Shown here: positions 51,159 through 59,868 of the stretch, piece after piece
How the letters are laid out: each line of letters opens with the position of its first letter
Position numbering within the stretch: position 1 is the stretch's first letter
Assembly (NCBI GenBank): GCA_021325135.1
Contig: JAJPHT010000020.1
Location: forward strand, 23,377 to 87,376
DNA length: 64,000 nucleotides
Direction: 5' to 3'
Source: Pseudomonadota bacterium
Lineage (GTDB): Archaea; Thermoplasmatota; SW-10-69-26; JACQPN01; JAJPHT01
The notes under the pieces: generated by a model
Database searches by the model: none
Told to the model about the DNA's origin: nothing
Seen by the model: the letters and a program-made list of their open reading frames with translations, nothing else
Program-made: the position numbers and the translations under genes

Positions 51159-52111
51159 CGCTGGGGCGCCGCCGGCGCGGGGGGCCTCGCAGCGCCCCTG
51201 CCCGAGCGGGCGGAGCGCCACGCCACGAGCGCGACCGCGCCCCCGCCCACGAACCCCGCCAGCGCCGAGAGGACGCCCCCCACGAAGGGGATCCACGAGA
51301 CGGCGACGAGCACGAGCACGCCCACCAGGGCCCCGAGATACGGGTGCGCGGGCGTGGCGCGCCGGCGGTGGAGCAGAAGCTCGCCCACGCGGATGCCCAC
51401 GACGACGTAGCCGAAGAACCACAGCAGCGGCAGCACCAGGAAGAGGACGCCCAGCGCGGTGGGGATGCCCACCAGCGTCGCGAACGCCAGGATGGCGAGG
51501 ATGGGGACGCCGATCCACAGGATCGCGGCCGACAGGAGCGTCGCGCCCGGGCTTCCCGTGAGCGCGGCGCCCGCCGCAAGGAACTGCCGCGGCGCGAAGG
51601 CCGCCGCCAGGAGCCCCGCCACCACGAGCGCCACCGACACGCCGACGCCCACGAGGATCCCCACGAAGGCGGCCCACCGCCCCAGCGCCGAGACCAGGGA
51701 CTCGCCGTGGTTGACCGAGCCCTGCACCTGGGCGCCTGGCGCCTGGGTGAGCGTCGACTTGACGAGCGTCACGTCGCCGCGCACCAACGCCCCGTCGCGA
51801 AGGTCGGCGACGCCGCTCGTCACGACGAGCGTTCCCACCTTCCCGCCCCCCAGCACGACGGCCGTGCCGTTGACGACGACCAGCGAACCCACGTCGCCCG
51901 CCACCGTCGCCGTGCCGTTGACGACCAGCACGCCGCCCACCGTCTCGTTGGCCTGCACGCTCGCGTCGCCCTCGACGCGCAGGAGGAAGCCCTTGGCCGC
52001 AGGCGCGGGACCCGTGGGCTGGGCGGCCGCGAGCGCCGCGACCGCCAGAAGGACTGCCATCGCCAGAAGGGAAGCGCGCGTGGAGCGCATGCCGCCGCGC
52101 ATGGCGCGCAT
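51155..52111 (-). CDS. membrane protein with extracytoplasmic bactofilin-like beta-helical repeats (hypothetical)
   Basis: Signal peptide, then ~120 aa of V.G.V..G repeats (VGGVLVVNGTATVAGDVGSLVVVNGTAVVLGGGKVGTL), then about 6 TM helices. Start is one of three ATGs: 52111, 52102 or 52090. Confidence 0.55.
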   Translation of the reverse strand: MRAMRGGMRSTRASLLAMAVLLAVAALAAAQPTGPAPAAKGFLLRVEGDASVQANETVGGVLVVNGTATVAGDVGSLVVVNGTAVVLGGGKVGTLVVTSGVADLRDGALVRGDVTLVKSTLTQAPGAQVQGSVNHGESLVSALGRWAAFVGILVGVGVSVALVVAGLLAAAFAPRQFLAAGAALTGSPGATLLSAAILWIGVPILAILAFATLVGIPTALGVLFLVLPLLWFFGYVVVGIRVGELLLHRRRATPAHPYLGALVGVLVLVAVSWIPFVGGVLSALAGFVGGGAVALVAWRSARSGRGAARPPAPAAPQR

Positions 52112-52291
52112 GCGGCGGCCCACAGGAATACCCGTTCTCGCCCGGAACGCGATGGCGCGCCGCGCGGGCCCACGGCCCGGCTCGCCGCGCCCGGCCCGGG
52201 CCTCCCGCAGGCAGGGGACCTTTGGCCCCCACGGGAGGCCCGCCGCGCGGGTGTCGTCCCGCACGGCGGGGCTCCTGGGGTCTGTTGCAGA

Positions 52292-52624
52292 TCACGACGC
52301 GAAGCCGGTCTCTGCGAGGACTCCGTCCTGGTTCGTCATCGCGTCGGCCAGGATCATCGTGAAGAGCTCCCAGTGCGTCACGGGGCGCCCACGATGGAAC
52401 GTCACGAGGCCCTGCATCGCGTCAAAGACCGCCTTGTCTTCTGGGCGGACGTTGATCGACGCGAGCCGCGGCGGAAGGGGCGTCTCCATGATCAGCGCGT
52501 GCGGATCGAACGGCATGTGCTGCGCGCCGGGCGCGGGGCCATCGAGCCGGAAACGGGCGATGCGGCGGACGAGCTTTCTGCGGGGGTGGTTCGGGTCCAG
52601 GGGATCCATCGGTGCATGAGGCAT
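52292..52624 (-). CDS. hypothetical protein
   Basis: 110-aa ORF with slightly lower GC3 than its neighbours. No recognisable domain. Confidence 0.4.
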   Translation of the reverse strand: MPHAPMDPLDPNHPRRKLVRRIARFRLDGPAPGAQHMPFDPHALIMETPLPPRLASINVRPEDKAVFDAMQGLVTFHRGRPVTHWELFTMILADAMTNQDGVLAETGFAS

Positions 52625-52785
52625 GCACGGGCCAAGTGGGCGTCCATGACGCGAACCTTATCCCGTTATCACAGCAAGTCTTGGTCCTGGGCGCTCTTGG
52701 CAACCCGATTCTGGGTTGCTTTCGTAATTTAGGACTCATAGGACTCGCACGAACCGTACGGCGCGTACGAACCGTCAGCCCCTGC

Positions 52786-53739
52786 TTACCCCACGAACCC
52801 GTGCCCCACGATGCGCTGGTTCGGGTTGTCCAAGTTGACCAGCACGACGCGGTCGCCCGCGGCGTAGGCCAGCGGCTTCGCAAGCTCGAAGGACACGCTG
52901 CCCTCCTTGCCCGGGCCGAGGTCGCCCTTCGCGCGGGCTTGGACGACCTGCCAGCCGTGGGCGAGGTGGTAGACGCCCTCGTTCTTGACGCCCGCCTTGA
53001 AGAAGGGCGTCACGTGGCACTTCAGCGTCACGACGGTCCCGGCGTCCGCCACGAGGAGAGAACCTTCGGGCGCCAGGACGTGGCCGCGGTCGAGGTCGTC
53101 GTTCTCGATGTTCTTGAGCGCGAGGCCCACGTGGTCCCCCGTGTGCGCGTCGGCCACGTCGACGTCGTGGACCTGGATGCTGCGGACCTGCGCGGCCTTG
53201 GCGGTGGGGTAGGCGCGGAGGTTGTCGTGCTTGTGGACGACGCCCTGCCGGACGAAGCCGAGGACGACGGCCCCGATGCCCTTGACGTTGAAGTGGTGGT
53301 CGACGGGGATGCGGACCGGCCCGTCGCGGCTGGGCGCCGCAATCTCGGCGAGCTTCGCGCGCACGGCGCTGGGCTTGTCGTCGGTGGTCACAGGGATTCC
53401 GGCGAGGCTCGTGCCCTTCAGGAGCGGCGCGATCTGCTCGGGCTGGATGTAGTTCTGGAGCACGATGAGCCCCTTGTCCAGGCCGGCCGCGGCGGCGGCG
53501 AGGATGCTCTCGCCCAGGTCGCGGTTGACCTCCTTGACGACGATGAGGACGGCGTCGGCGGCGTTGACCGCGTAGCAGAGGGGCTGCACCTTCTCGGGGT
53601 GGCGGAAGGGGACGACCATGCTCACGGTGGTCTCGCCCTCCTTGAAGCTCATGAGCAGCACGTCGCTCTCAGTGCTCTTCTTGCCGAGCTCCTTGGCGTA
53701 GTCGAGGTTGCCGAGGACCCCGAGGGTGAGGGCGGGCAT
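52786..53739 (-). CDS. EF-Tu/EF-1alpha-like protein with degenerate GTPase domain (domain 2/3 retained)
   Basis: VDHHFNVKGIGAVVLGFV..G is a typical translation-factor domain 2 beta-barrel. The N-terminal region lacks the GxxxxGK[ST] P-loop (GVLGNLDYAKELGKKST). Confidence 0.7.
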   Translation of the reverse strand: MPALTLGVLGNLDYAKELGKKSTESDVLLMSFKEGETTVSMVVPFRHPEKVQPLCYAVNAADAVLIVVKEVNRDLGESILAAAAAGLDKGLIVLQNYIQPEQIAPLLKGTSLAGIPVTTDDKPSAVRAKLAEIAAPSRDGPVRIPVDHHFNVKGIGAVVLGFVRQGVVHKHDNLRAYPTAKAAQVRSIQVHDVDVADAHTGDHVGLALKNIENDDLDRGHVLAPEGSLLVADAGTVVTLKCHVTPFFKAGVKNEGVYHLAHGWQVVQARAKGDLGPGKEGSVSFELAKPLAYAAGDRVVLVNLDNPNQRIVGHGFVG

Positions 53740-53760
53740 CGAGGCGCGAGAGGTGGCCCG

Positions 53761-53774
53761 GTCTTAATGGTTTC
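53761..53774 (-). promoter_or_regulatory. promoter-like motif GAAACCATTAAGAC upstream of the EF-Tu-like gene
   Basis: First base is 35 nt upstream of ATG 53739 (minus strand). Confidence 0.45.
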
Positions 53775-53791
53775 CCGGTGGGCGCGGGGCT

Positions 53792-54295
53792 TCAGGCGAG
53801 GTCGGCGCGCGTGTCGAGGACGACCGTCCCGGCGGCGAGGTCGCCCATGCGCTGGTCCAGCTCGGTGGTGCGCAGGCTCCAGGCGTCCAGGGCGATGAAG
53901 ACGACGAAGAACGGCGTGACCCAGAGGAGCCGCAGCAGGTTGCGCAGGAAGCTCTCGAAGAGAGAGGGCTTGGCGCCGTCCATGCGCGCGACGCGCAGGC
54001 CGGCCACCATCTTGCCCGGCGTGCGGGCCCAGCGCGCCTCGAAGAGGGTGAAGTAGACGAGGCCGAGGCCGCCTTCGAAGATGCTCACGATCCAGAGGAG
54101 GCCCGCGGCGGGGCTGCGCTGGCCCAGCACGTCGATGTCCGGGATGCGCAGGACGCCCAGCGTGGCGAAGACGAAGGTGATGGTCCAGGCGAGGACGAAG
54201 ACGATGGTGCTGTCCAGGGCGAAGGCGACGGCGCGCCGCAGGGCGCCTGCGGTCGCGGGGGCGCGGCGCTTCCACGCGTAGGCGGCCGCGCTCAC
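53792..54295 (-). CDS. RDD-family membrane protein
   Basis: GALRRAVAFALDSTIV..., TPGKMVAGLRV, and LRNLLRLL motifs of the RDD family. GTG start overlaps the upstream stop. Confidence 0.7.
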   Translation of the reverse strand: MSAAAYAWKRRAPATAGALRRAVAFALDSTIVFVLAWTITFVFATLGVLRIPDIDVLGQRSPAAGLLWIVSIFEGGLGLVYFTLFEARWARTPGKMVAGLRVARMDGAKPSLFESFLRNLLRLLWVTPFFVVFIALDAWSLRTTELDQRMGDLAAGTVVLDTRADLA

Positions 54296-55401
54296 GCGAC
54301 GCCCTCCAGGTGGTGCGCGAGGCCGGCGCGGGGCGCGAGGGCCGCCACGAGCATCTTCGCGGTGGTGTTGGCCTCTCCCGCGTCCTGGAGCGAGGCGGGG
54401 GCGTCGCGCGCGGCCTCGGAGCGCTCGCGCAGCAGGGCGAGGTCGTGCTTGAGGGGGTCGGGCACGCCGTTGCCCAGCCACGCGGCGACGGCGGGCTCGC
54501 GGGCGAGGCTGTCGACGGCGAGCCAGCTCATGCGGACGCTGCGGTCGAACTGGCCCTCCTTGAGGGCGAGGTTGGAGGAGGCGATGCCGGCCAGGGCGCG
54601 CTCCAGGCCGTTGGGGCGCTCGACGCGGAGGAACGACTCGCGGACCTTGCGGCTGTCGCGCAGGGTCAGGGGCGGGCCCGGGTACGGGGGCGCCACGGGC
54701 GCGTCGGCGGCGGGCTTGCGCTTCATGCTCACCACGGCGCCCAGGTGCAGGGTCATGGCGAAGGCGCCCGCGAGGAACACCATGTCGAAGACGCCCGCGC
54801 CGCCGATGCTGATGATGGTGTTCTCGGAGGCGGAGGCGAAGTAGGACGCGATGTCGCGCACGTGGAGGAGGTCGGCCCCGATGAGCGCGCCCAGCGTGCC
54901 GCAGGCGTAGGCGATGGGCGCGCCGCGGCTGGGCTTGCGGAAGGAGACGGCGAGGGCGAAGACCAGCGCCACGGCGACGGGGAGGAAGAACTCGGGGTAG
55001 CGCGCGACGATGCCGGTTCCCGGGTCGAAGCTCACGATGCGCCATGCGGCCAGCGTCACGAGCGCGGTGCCCACGAGCGTCGGGAGGATGGGCAGCTTGC
55101 GCTTGTGGATCCACCACCCCACGAGCATGAGGGGGACCAGCGTGCCGCCCACGTTCACCGCGAGGTAGGTGCCGCCGTACACCGCGACGGGGATGTTGAC
55201 CGCGCCGCCCGCGATGCTGCCCAGGGTGAGGAAGGCGACCTCGCGGCCCGAGAAGCCCACCTCGCTGAAGAGGTCGGCGCGGCGGCGGAAGAGGAGGAAG
55301 ATGAGCCCCAGGCTGGCGAACGCCATGAAGAAGCTCCAGGGGACGTCCTGGAGCTGGACGGGCAGCCCGTCGGCCGCGACGAGCACGGGGATCGCCTCCA
55401 T
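54292..55401 (-). CDS. DUF1614-like polytopic membrane protein with C-terminal soluble helical domain
   Basis: N-terminal ~240 aa with GGAVNIPV...VNVGGTLVP...IGADLL...SIGGAGVFD motifs, recalled as DUF1614. C-terminal ~120 aa is helical. Confidence 0.6.
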   Translation of the reverse strand: MEAIPVLVAADGLPVQLQDVPWSFFMAFASLGLIFLLFRRRADLFSEVGFSGREVAFLTLGSIAGGAVNIPVAVYGGTYLAVNVGGTLVPLMLVGWWIHKRKLPILPTLVGTALVTLAAWRIVSFDPGTGIVARYPEFFLPVAVALVFALAVSFRKPSRGAPIAYACGTLGALIGADLLHVRDIASYFASASENTIISIGGAGVFDMVFLAGAFAMTLHLGAVVSMKRKPAADAPVAPPYPGPPLTLRDSRKVRESFLRVERPNGLERALAGIASSNLALKEGQFDRSVRMSWLAVDSLAREPAVAAWLGNGVPDPLKHDLALLRERSEAARDAPASLQDAGEANTTAKMLVAALAPRAGLAHHLEGVA

Positions 55402-55497
55402 CCTCGGCCCGGAACCACGGTGGGTGCCCTCAAATCCCTTTCCTCACCCGAGGGGGTCACTCCCAAGGCTTTTGAGGCGCCCCTCGGGTCCGGCGGC

Positions 55498-55824
55498 GTG
55501 GCGCGCTGGGTGCGGTGGGTCTTCGAGGCGCAGGCGCCCGCCGACGAGTTCCAGCGCCTCCTGGAGCGCGGCCTCACGCTGCGGGGCGTCGCGGTGGAGC
55601 CCGCGGAGCACTTCCACTTCACGGCCCGCGCGCTGGGCGCCCGCGCCTTCGTGGAGATCGCGTGGGCCGAGCAGGGGCTGGAGGTGCGCGTCAAGCTCAA
55701 GGCGGGCCTCTTCGCGAGCTCCAAGGGGTTGGAGCGCCTGCTGCTGGAGGCGGGCCGCGAGGCGCAGGCGCGCCTCCTTCCCAACGGCCCCCCGGGGCGC
55801 ATGCTGAAGGACCCGACGGCTTGA
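55498..55824 (+). CDS. small hypothetical protein
   Basis: 108 aa from GTG. Stop overlaps the next gene's start (TGATG). The start is uncertain. Confidence 0.4.
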   Translation: MARWVRWVFEAQAPADEFQRLLERGLTLRGVAVEPAEHFHFTARALGARAFVEIAWAEQGLEVRVKLKAGLFASSKGLERLLLEAGREAQARLLPNGPPGRMLKDPTA

Positions 55825-56867
55825 TGGCCGGGCCCCGGCATCGCGGCCGCGTGCTGCGCTGCCCGGACTGCGGCCGCGACGTGCCCGAGGTGCTCGGGGC
55901 GGACGCCCAGGAGTGCCCCCACTGCGGCGCGGAGGTGCTGGCCTTGGGCCCGGCGCCGCGCGCGGAGGGCGCGGGCCTCGTGGACGCGGCGGGCGCGGCG
56001 GCGGAGGCGTTCCGCTTCGCGCGGCGCCACTACGGAGGCGTGCTCCTCCTGTGGGTCCCCGCGCTGGTGGTGGACGTCGCGGCGGCGCTGGGCGTGGGCT
56101 ACTACGAGGCCTCGCACCCCATTCCGGCCGCGGGCGATCCGGGCGCGCAGGCCGCCGCGCTGAGCTACCTGGGCGTGGCGCTCCCCAGCTTCCTGCTCCT
56201 TGTGGCGCTCAACCTCGCGCTCTTCGCGCCCACGGGCGGCTACGTCCTCGACCGCACGGGCGTCACGCCCCCCGGCAAAAGCGCCCTGGCGGCCGCCGCG
56301 CGCGCGCCGCTGCTCCTCCTTGCGCTGGGGCTCGTGCTGACGCTCGTCTACCTGGGGGGCGCGCTCCTGGCCCTGGTGGGGCTCCTGGTGTTCTACCACT
56401 GGTTCCAGTTCGCGCCCGTGGCGCTCGCCCACCGGCGCAAGGGGCTGGGCGACGCGTTCGAGGCCAGCCGGCGCTTCGCCCGCGAGCGGCGCGTCTTCGG
56501 CTTCACCGCGCTCTCCTTCTTCGCCCTCCTCGCGGCGTTCCTCGCGCAGGTCCTTCTGTCGGCGGGCGCCGACGCGCTGCTGCGCCTCCTCCACGCGCAG
56601 AACCTCTGGACGGAGGCCGTGGCGGGCTGGGCGCCTGCGTGGCTCGTGACGCCCTTTCTGGCCATCCTGCCCGCCGCGTACTGGTCCCTGGCCGAGCGCG
56701 CGCCCGCGCAGGCGGCAACTCCGGCGGCCGCGCCAGAGGCCGCCCCCTCCGGGGGCTTCCGCACGACGAAGTGCCCGCAGTGCGGGACGCTGGTGCCCTA
56801 CGTGGCCACGGGCGCGCCCGTGGACGTGGAGTGCCCCGTGTGCGGCCGCAAGGGGCGGGTCCTCTGA
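55824..56867 (+). CDS. membrane protein flanked by N- and C-terminal zinc-ribbon motifs (hypothetical)
   Basis: CPDCG...CPHCG at the N-terminus, about 6 TM helices, and CPQCG...CPVCG at the C-terminus. Confidence 0.6.
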   Translation: MAGPRHRGRVLRCPDCGRDVPEVLGADAQECPHCGAEVLALGPAPRAEGAGLVDAAGAAAEAFRFARRHYGGVLLLWVPALVVDVAAALGVGYYEASHPIPAAGDPGAQAAALSYLGVALPSFLLLVALNLALFAPTGGYVLDRTGVTPPGKSALAAAARAPLLLLALGLVLTLVYLGGALLALVGLLVFYHWFQFAPVALAHRRKGLGDAFEASRRFARERRVFGFTALSFFALLAAFLAQVLLSAGADALLRLLHAQNLWTEAVAGWAPAWLVTPFLAILPAAYWSLAERAPAQAATPAAAPEAAPSGGFRTTKCPQCGTLVPYVATGAPVDVECPVCGRKGRVL

Positions 56868-56871
56868 GGGC

Positions 56872-57087
56872 TCACTGCGGCGTGTGGATGATTTGCTTCA
56901 CGGCGTTGATGGCGTCCGCGGCGCTGGGGACGTACACGTAGGTCGGATCCGTCAGGGGCAGGCCCGAGCCGCAGAGGGCGTTGATGGTCGCGACGGCGTT
57001 GTCTCCCGAGCGGAAGTAGAAGCAGCAGATGGCGCTCTCCCGGTCGGAGTGGACGGCGGCGAAGGTGGGCTTCGAGTAGGGGCTCAT
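56872..57087 (-). CDS. small hypothetical protein
   Basis: 71 aa from MSPYSKPTF. GGAGG lies 9 nt upstream. High GC3. No recognisable domain. Confidence 0.45.
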   Translation of the reverse strand: MSPYSKPTFAAVHSDRESAICCFYFRSGDNAVATINALCGSGLPLTDPTYVYVPSAADAINAVKQIIHTPQ

Positions 57088-57106
57088 GGTCTCCATCCTC
57101 CGGGGG

Positions 57107-57131
57107 GCATGATCCGCAGGGGGGATCATGC
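57107..57131 (-). terminator. 9-bp perfect hairpin between the lipoprotein gene stop and the SD of the 71-aa gene
   Basis: GCATGATCC-GCAGGGG-GGATCATGC. Located 42 nt below the 57173 stop and ending 7 nt from the GGAGG of the downstream gene. Confidence 0.35.
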
Positions 57132-57172
57132 TTTGGGGCCAACGTTGCCGGGCGTGGTGGACTGTTACGCGC

Positions 57173-58096
57173 CTATCCCACGAGCCCTTGCCTCTCCTTG
57201 ACGCCCGTCACGACGACGTGGATGGTCCCCACGCCCGCGCACTTGGGGTCCAGGGTCCAGCGGTGCGCGCCCCGCGCGGCGGGGGCCTCGTCGGTGGCGG
57301 CGCCTGCGCCCAGGACCTGCGCGTGGGCGAGGGGCTGGCCCGCGTCGTCCAGGAGCGTGGCGTCGCAGGCGCCCGCGGTCCACGCGATCGAGAGGTGGGC
57401 GCGCACGCCGGAGTCCGCGGGGGGCACGTCCAGCGGCATGGGGAGCGGCAGGCTCGTGGGCGCGGAGTAGCGCAGGGAGGCCAGCGTCTCCTCGACGTAG
57501 TAGAGGCCGTGGTAGTTGGCGCCGAAGCCCGTGAGGTCCGCCACCAGGACCTGCTGGCCCCCCTTGCCGGGGTCGACGATCTCCAGGTGCGTGAGCCAGC
57601 CGGGGGTGGGCGCGTAGTCGTAGCGCGCGAAGGTCTGCCCCAGGCTGGAGGCCTCCACGTGGAAGCCCACCTCGGGGCCCGCCCCGGGGACCTGGATCGT
57701 GGCGGCGTGCGCGGTGGCGCGGGCCTCGTGCCCCCAGAAACGATAGCTCCACGACTGGCCGTCCGCGAGGGGCAATTGGAGCATGGGCCAGACCTCGTCG
57801 GCGATCTCGGGGTTGAGCCCGCGGGTGAGGTTGCCCAGGAAGGGGAGGCCGAAGAAGCCGTAGGAGGCGTTGGAGCCCAGGGTGAAGCCGTCGGGCTTCA
57901 CGCGGTCGACGATGAGGTCCATGTCCACGCTGAGGTTGCCGTGGAGGGTGGCGTGATAGCTCCACCAGTCGCCGGCCTGCCAGCGCTCGGCCTTGAGGAG
58001 CGGGGCGGCCTGGGGCGAGACGGTGGGCGAGGCCGCGTGGTCGAGGCAGCCGGCGAGGAGCAGGACGGCGAGCAGCAGCGACGTCGCGGCGCGCAT
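57173..58096 (-). CDS. putative lipoprotein, unknown function
   Basis: MRAATSLLLAVLLLAGC lipobox. 307 aa with a beta-rich composition. Confidence 0.6.
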   Translation of the reverse strand: MRAATSLLLAVLLLAGCLDHAASPTVSPQAAPLLKAERWQAGDWWSYHATLHGNLSVDMDLIVDRVKPDGFTLGSNASYGFFGLPFLGNLTRGLNPEIADEVWPMLQLPLADGQSWSYRFWGHEARATAHAATIQVPGAGPEVGFHVEASSLGQTFARYDYAPTPGWLTHLEIVDPGKGGQQVLVADLTGFGANYHGLYYVEETLASLRYSAPTSLPLPMPLDVPPADSGVRAHLSIAWTAGACDATLLDDAGQPLAHAQVLGAGAATDEAPAARGAHRWTLDPKCAGVGTIHVVVTGVKERQGLVG

Positions 58097-58301
58097 CTCG
58101 CTCCAGCGTGCGCGGGCGAGGCTTCAGCTTTGGGGGTGCGACGTGCCACGGAAAGGGCGTCGGAAGCCGCCCGCTCCATGATCAACCCGAGGCTCCTCGC
58201 GGACGCCCGACTGGCCGCCCTTGGCAGGATGGGTCCTGCAAGCGCTTAGGTCGTCGTGGCTTGATGGTCATGCCTCTGCTGCAGAGACGGAGGAGAAACC
58301 C

Positions 58302-59804
58302 TTGTCATCCCCGGTCCGCGTTTTCGCCGTGCTGACGTTGCTCTCGACGCTGGGCGCATCCCTTCCCTCCGCAGCCGCGGACACTGACGACAGGCCGATC
58401 CAGACGGTGCTCGCTCCCGTCCCGGTCATTGATCCGCGGGACCCTTGCACCTCGCCACAGCCCTCCGCCTTCTCGTTCCAGCTCGGCACCGGCATCGACG
58501 CCAATGAGAACGTGCTTCCTCAGGGGACGGTCGATCCGGCGTGGACCCTGTCCAGTCGCCCGCTGAGCATGTTCGGCGGAGCCGGCCCGGGGATCGCGCG
58601 GGTGGCAGAGGTCTACCCCGGCTGGACGCCATACACCTTCTGGCCGTACCACGCGGCCTGGATCACGTCTGCGCCCTCGGGTGAGATCGACTTCTCGGGG
58701 ACTTACGTCTACGAGCGCGAGTTCTACGTCTCGCCGCGGGCGCAGAACGTGCATCTCGACGTCGTCTACGCGGCGGATGACGGCGTCACGCTCTCCCTGG
58801 TCCAGCCCGGCGGAGCGGCGACGCTGCTCCTGGCCGACACGCCCTCAAACGCCTTCGCGCAGTGGCAAAGCGCTCCGGACCAGGCCCTTGCCAACGCAGG
58901 CCAGTTCGTCCTCGTGGCGAAGGTCACGAACATCCCCATGGGGGGCATGCCGGACGAGAACCCCACGGGTCTTCAGCTCGGCGTATCGCTTGCGGGCGAT
59001 TGCGCCCCCCTGATCCGTCCCGCCAATCCCGACCCCTGCCAGCCGTTCCCCGTCAGCTTCTACGTGGAGCTGGGCACCGGTCGCGACTTCAATGGCGCCC
59101 CCCTCCCTGGCGGGCAGATGGACCCCTTCTGGCAGGCAGACAGCTACCCCAAGGGGGGCGCGACGATCGCGGGCGCCGCCTACAGCCATGGCGTGGACCC
59201 GGCGCCGGGCACGTTGGCGCCCAACCCGACGTTGGAGACGTCCTGGATCAACCCCAATCCAGTGGGGCTCGAAGGCGACTTCGGCAACTACCAGTACAGC
59301 CGGCTCCTCGACGTTCCCCAAGGGTCCTACAATGACCAGCTGAGCATCTCCTTTGCCGCGGCTGGCCAGCCGTATTTCTTCCTCCTTGTGCCAATGGGTG
59401 GCGGAACGCCGATCCAGATTCCAGCCGGCGCCGGGAATTATTGGAGCTGGACCTCTCTCGGCCCCGTCTCCGTGAGCCCGGGTCTCTATCGGCTCGAAGC
59501 GCACGTGGGCTACAACGAATACGGGCCTTTCGTGGGCCTGGACGCTTCCGTCGTCCTCACGGGCACCTGCTCGGGCTCCACGACCCTCGTCCCCAGCCAG
59601 CAGGTGGGTCCGACGCCAGAGATCGGACCCTTGGTGACGCCGGAGGTGCCCGGGGTTTGCGTGCCCCTTCCGCCCGTGGGGGTGCCCGGTGGCGTCGTCC
59701 CCGCGCCGCCCCCCATCATCTGCCTCGGCTCCATTCCGGCGCAGCAGCTTACGCCGCCCATCCCGCCCCAGTCGTTCGTCACCCCGCCCATCGTCATCCC
59801 CTAG
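58302..59804 (+). CDS. secreted protein with internally duplicated ~200-aa domain and Pro-rich C-terminus (hypothetical)
   Basis: TTG start with GGAGG 8 nt upstream. Signal VRVFAVLTLLSTLGASLPSAAA. Two units begin DPC...LGTG.D.N...LP.G..DP.W. GC3 is visibly lower than in neighbours. Confidence 0.6.
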   Translation: MSSPVRVFAVLTLLSTLGASLPSAAADTDDRPIQTVLAPVPVIDPRDPCTSPQPSAFSFQLGTGIDANENVLPQGTVDPAWTLSSRPLSMFGGAGPGIARVAEVYPGWTPYTFWPYHAAWITSAPSGEIDFSGTYVYEREFYVSPRAQNVHLDVVYAADDGVTLSLVQPGGAATLLLADTPSNAFAQWQSAPDQALANAGQFVLVAKVTNIPMGGMPDENPTGLQLGVSLAGDCAPLIRPANPDPCQPFPVSFYVELGTGRDFNGAPLPGGQMDPFWQADSYPKGGATIAGAAYSHGVDPAPGTLAPNPTLETSWINPNPVGLEGDFGNYQYSRLLDVPQGSYNDQLSISFAAAGQPYFFLLVPMGGGTPIQIPAGAGNYWSWTSLGPVSVSPGLYRLEAHVGYNEYGPFVGLDASVVLTGTCSGSTTLVPSQQVGPTPEIGPLVTPEVPGVCVPLPPVGVPGGVVPAPPPIICLGSIPAQQLTPPIPPQSFVTPPIVIP

Positions 59805-59868
59805 GGCTCCTTCAGGGTTCGAGCCCGCTGAAAAGGCTGGCGCGCCGGAGCGGGCTCCGAGGACCGTG

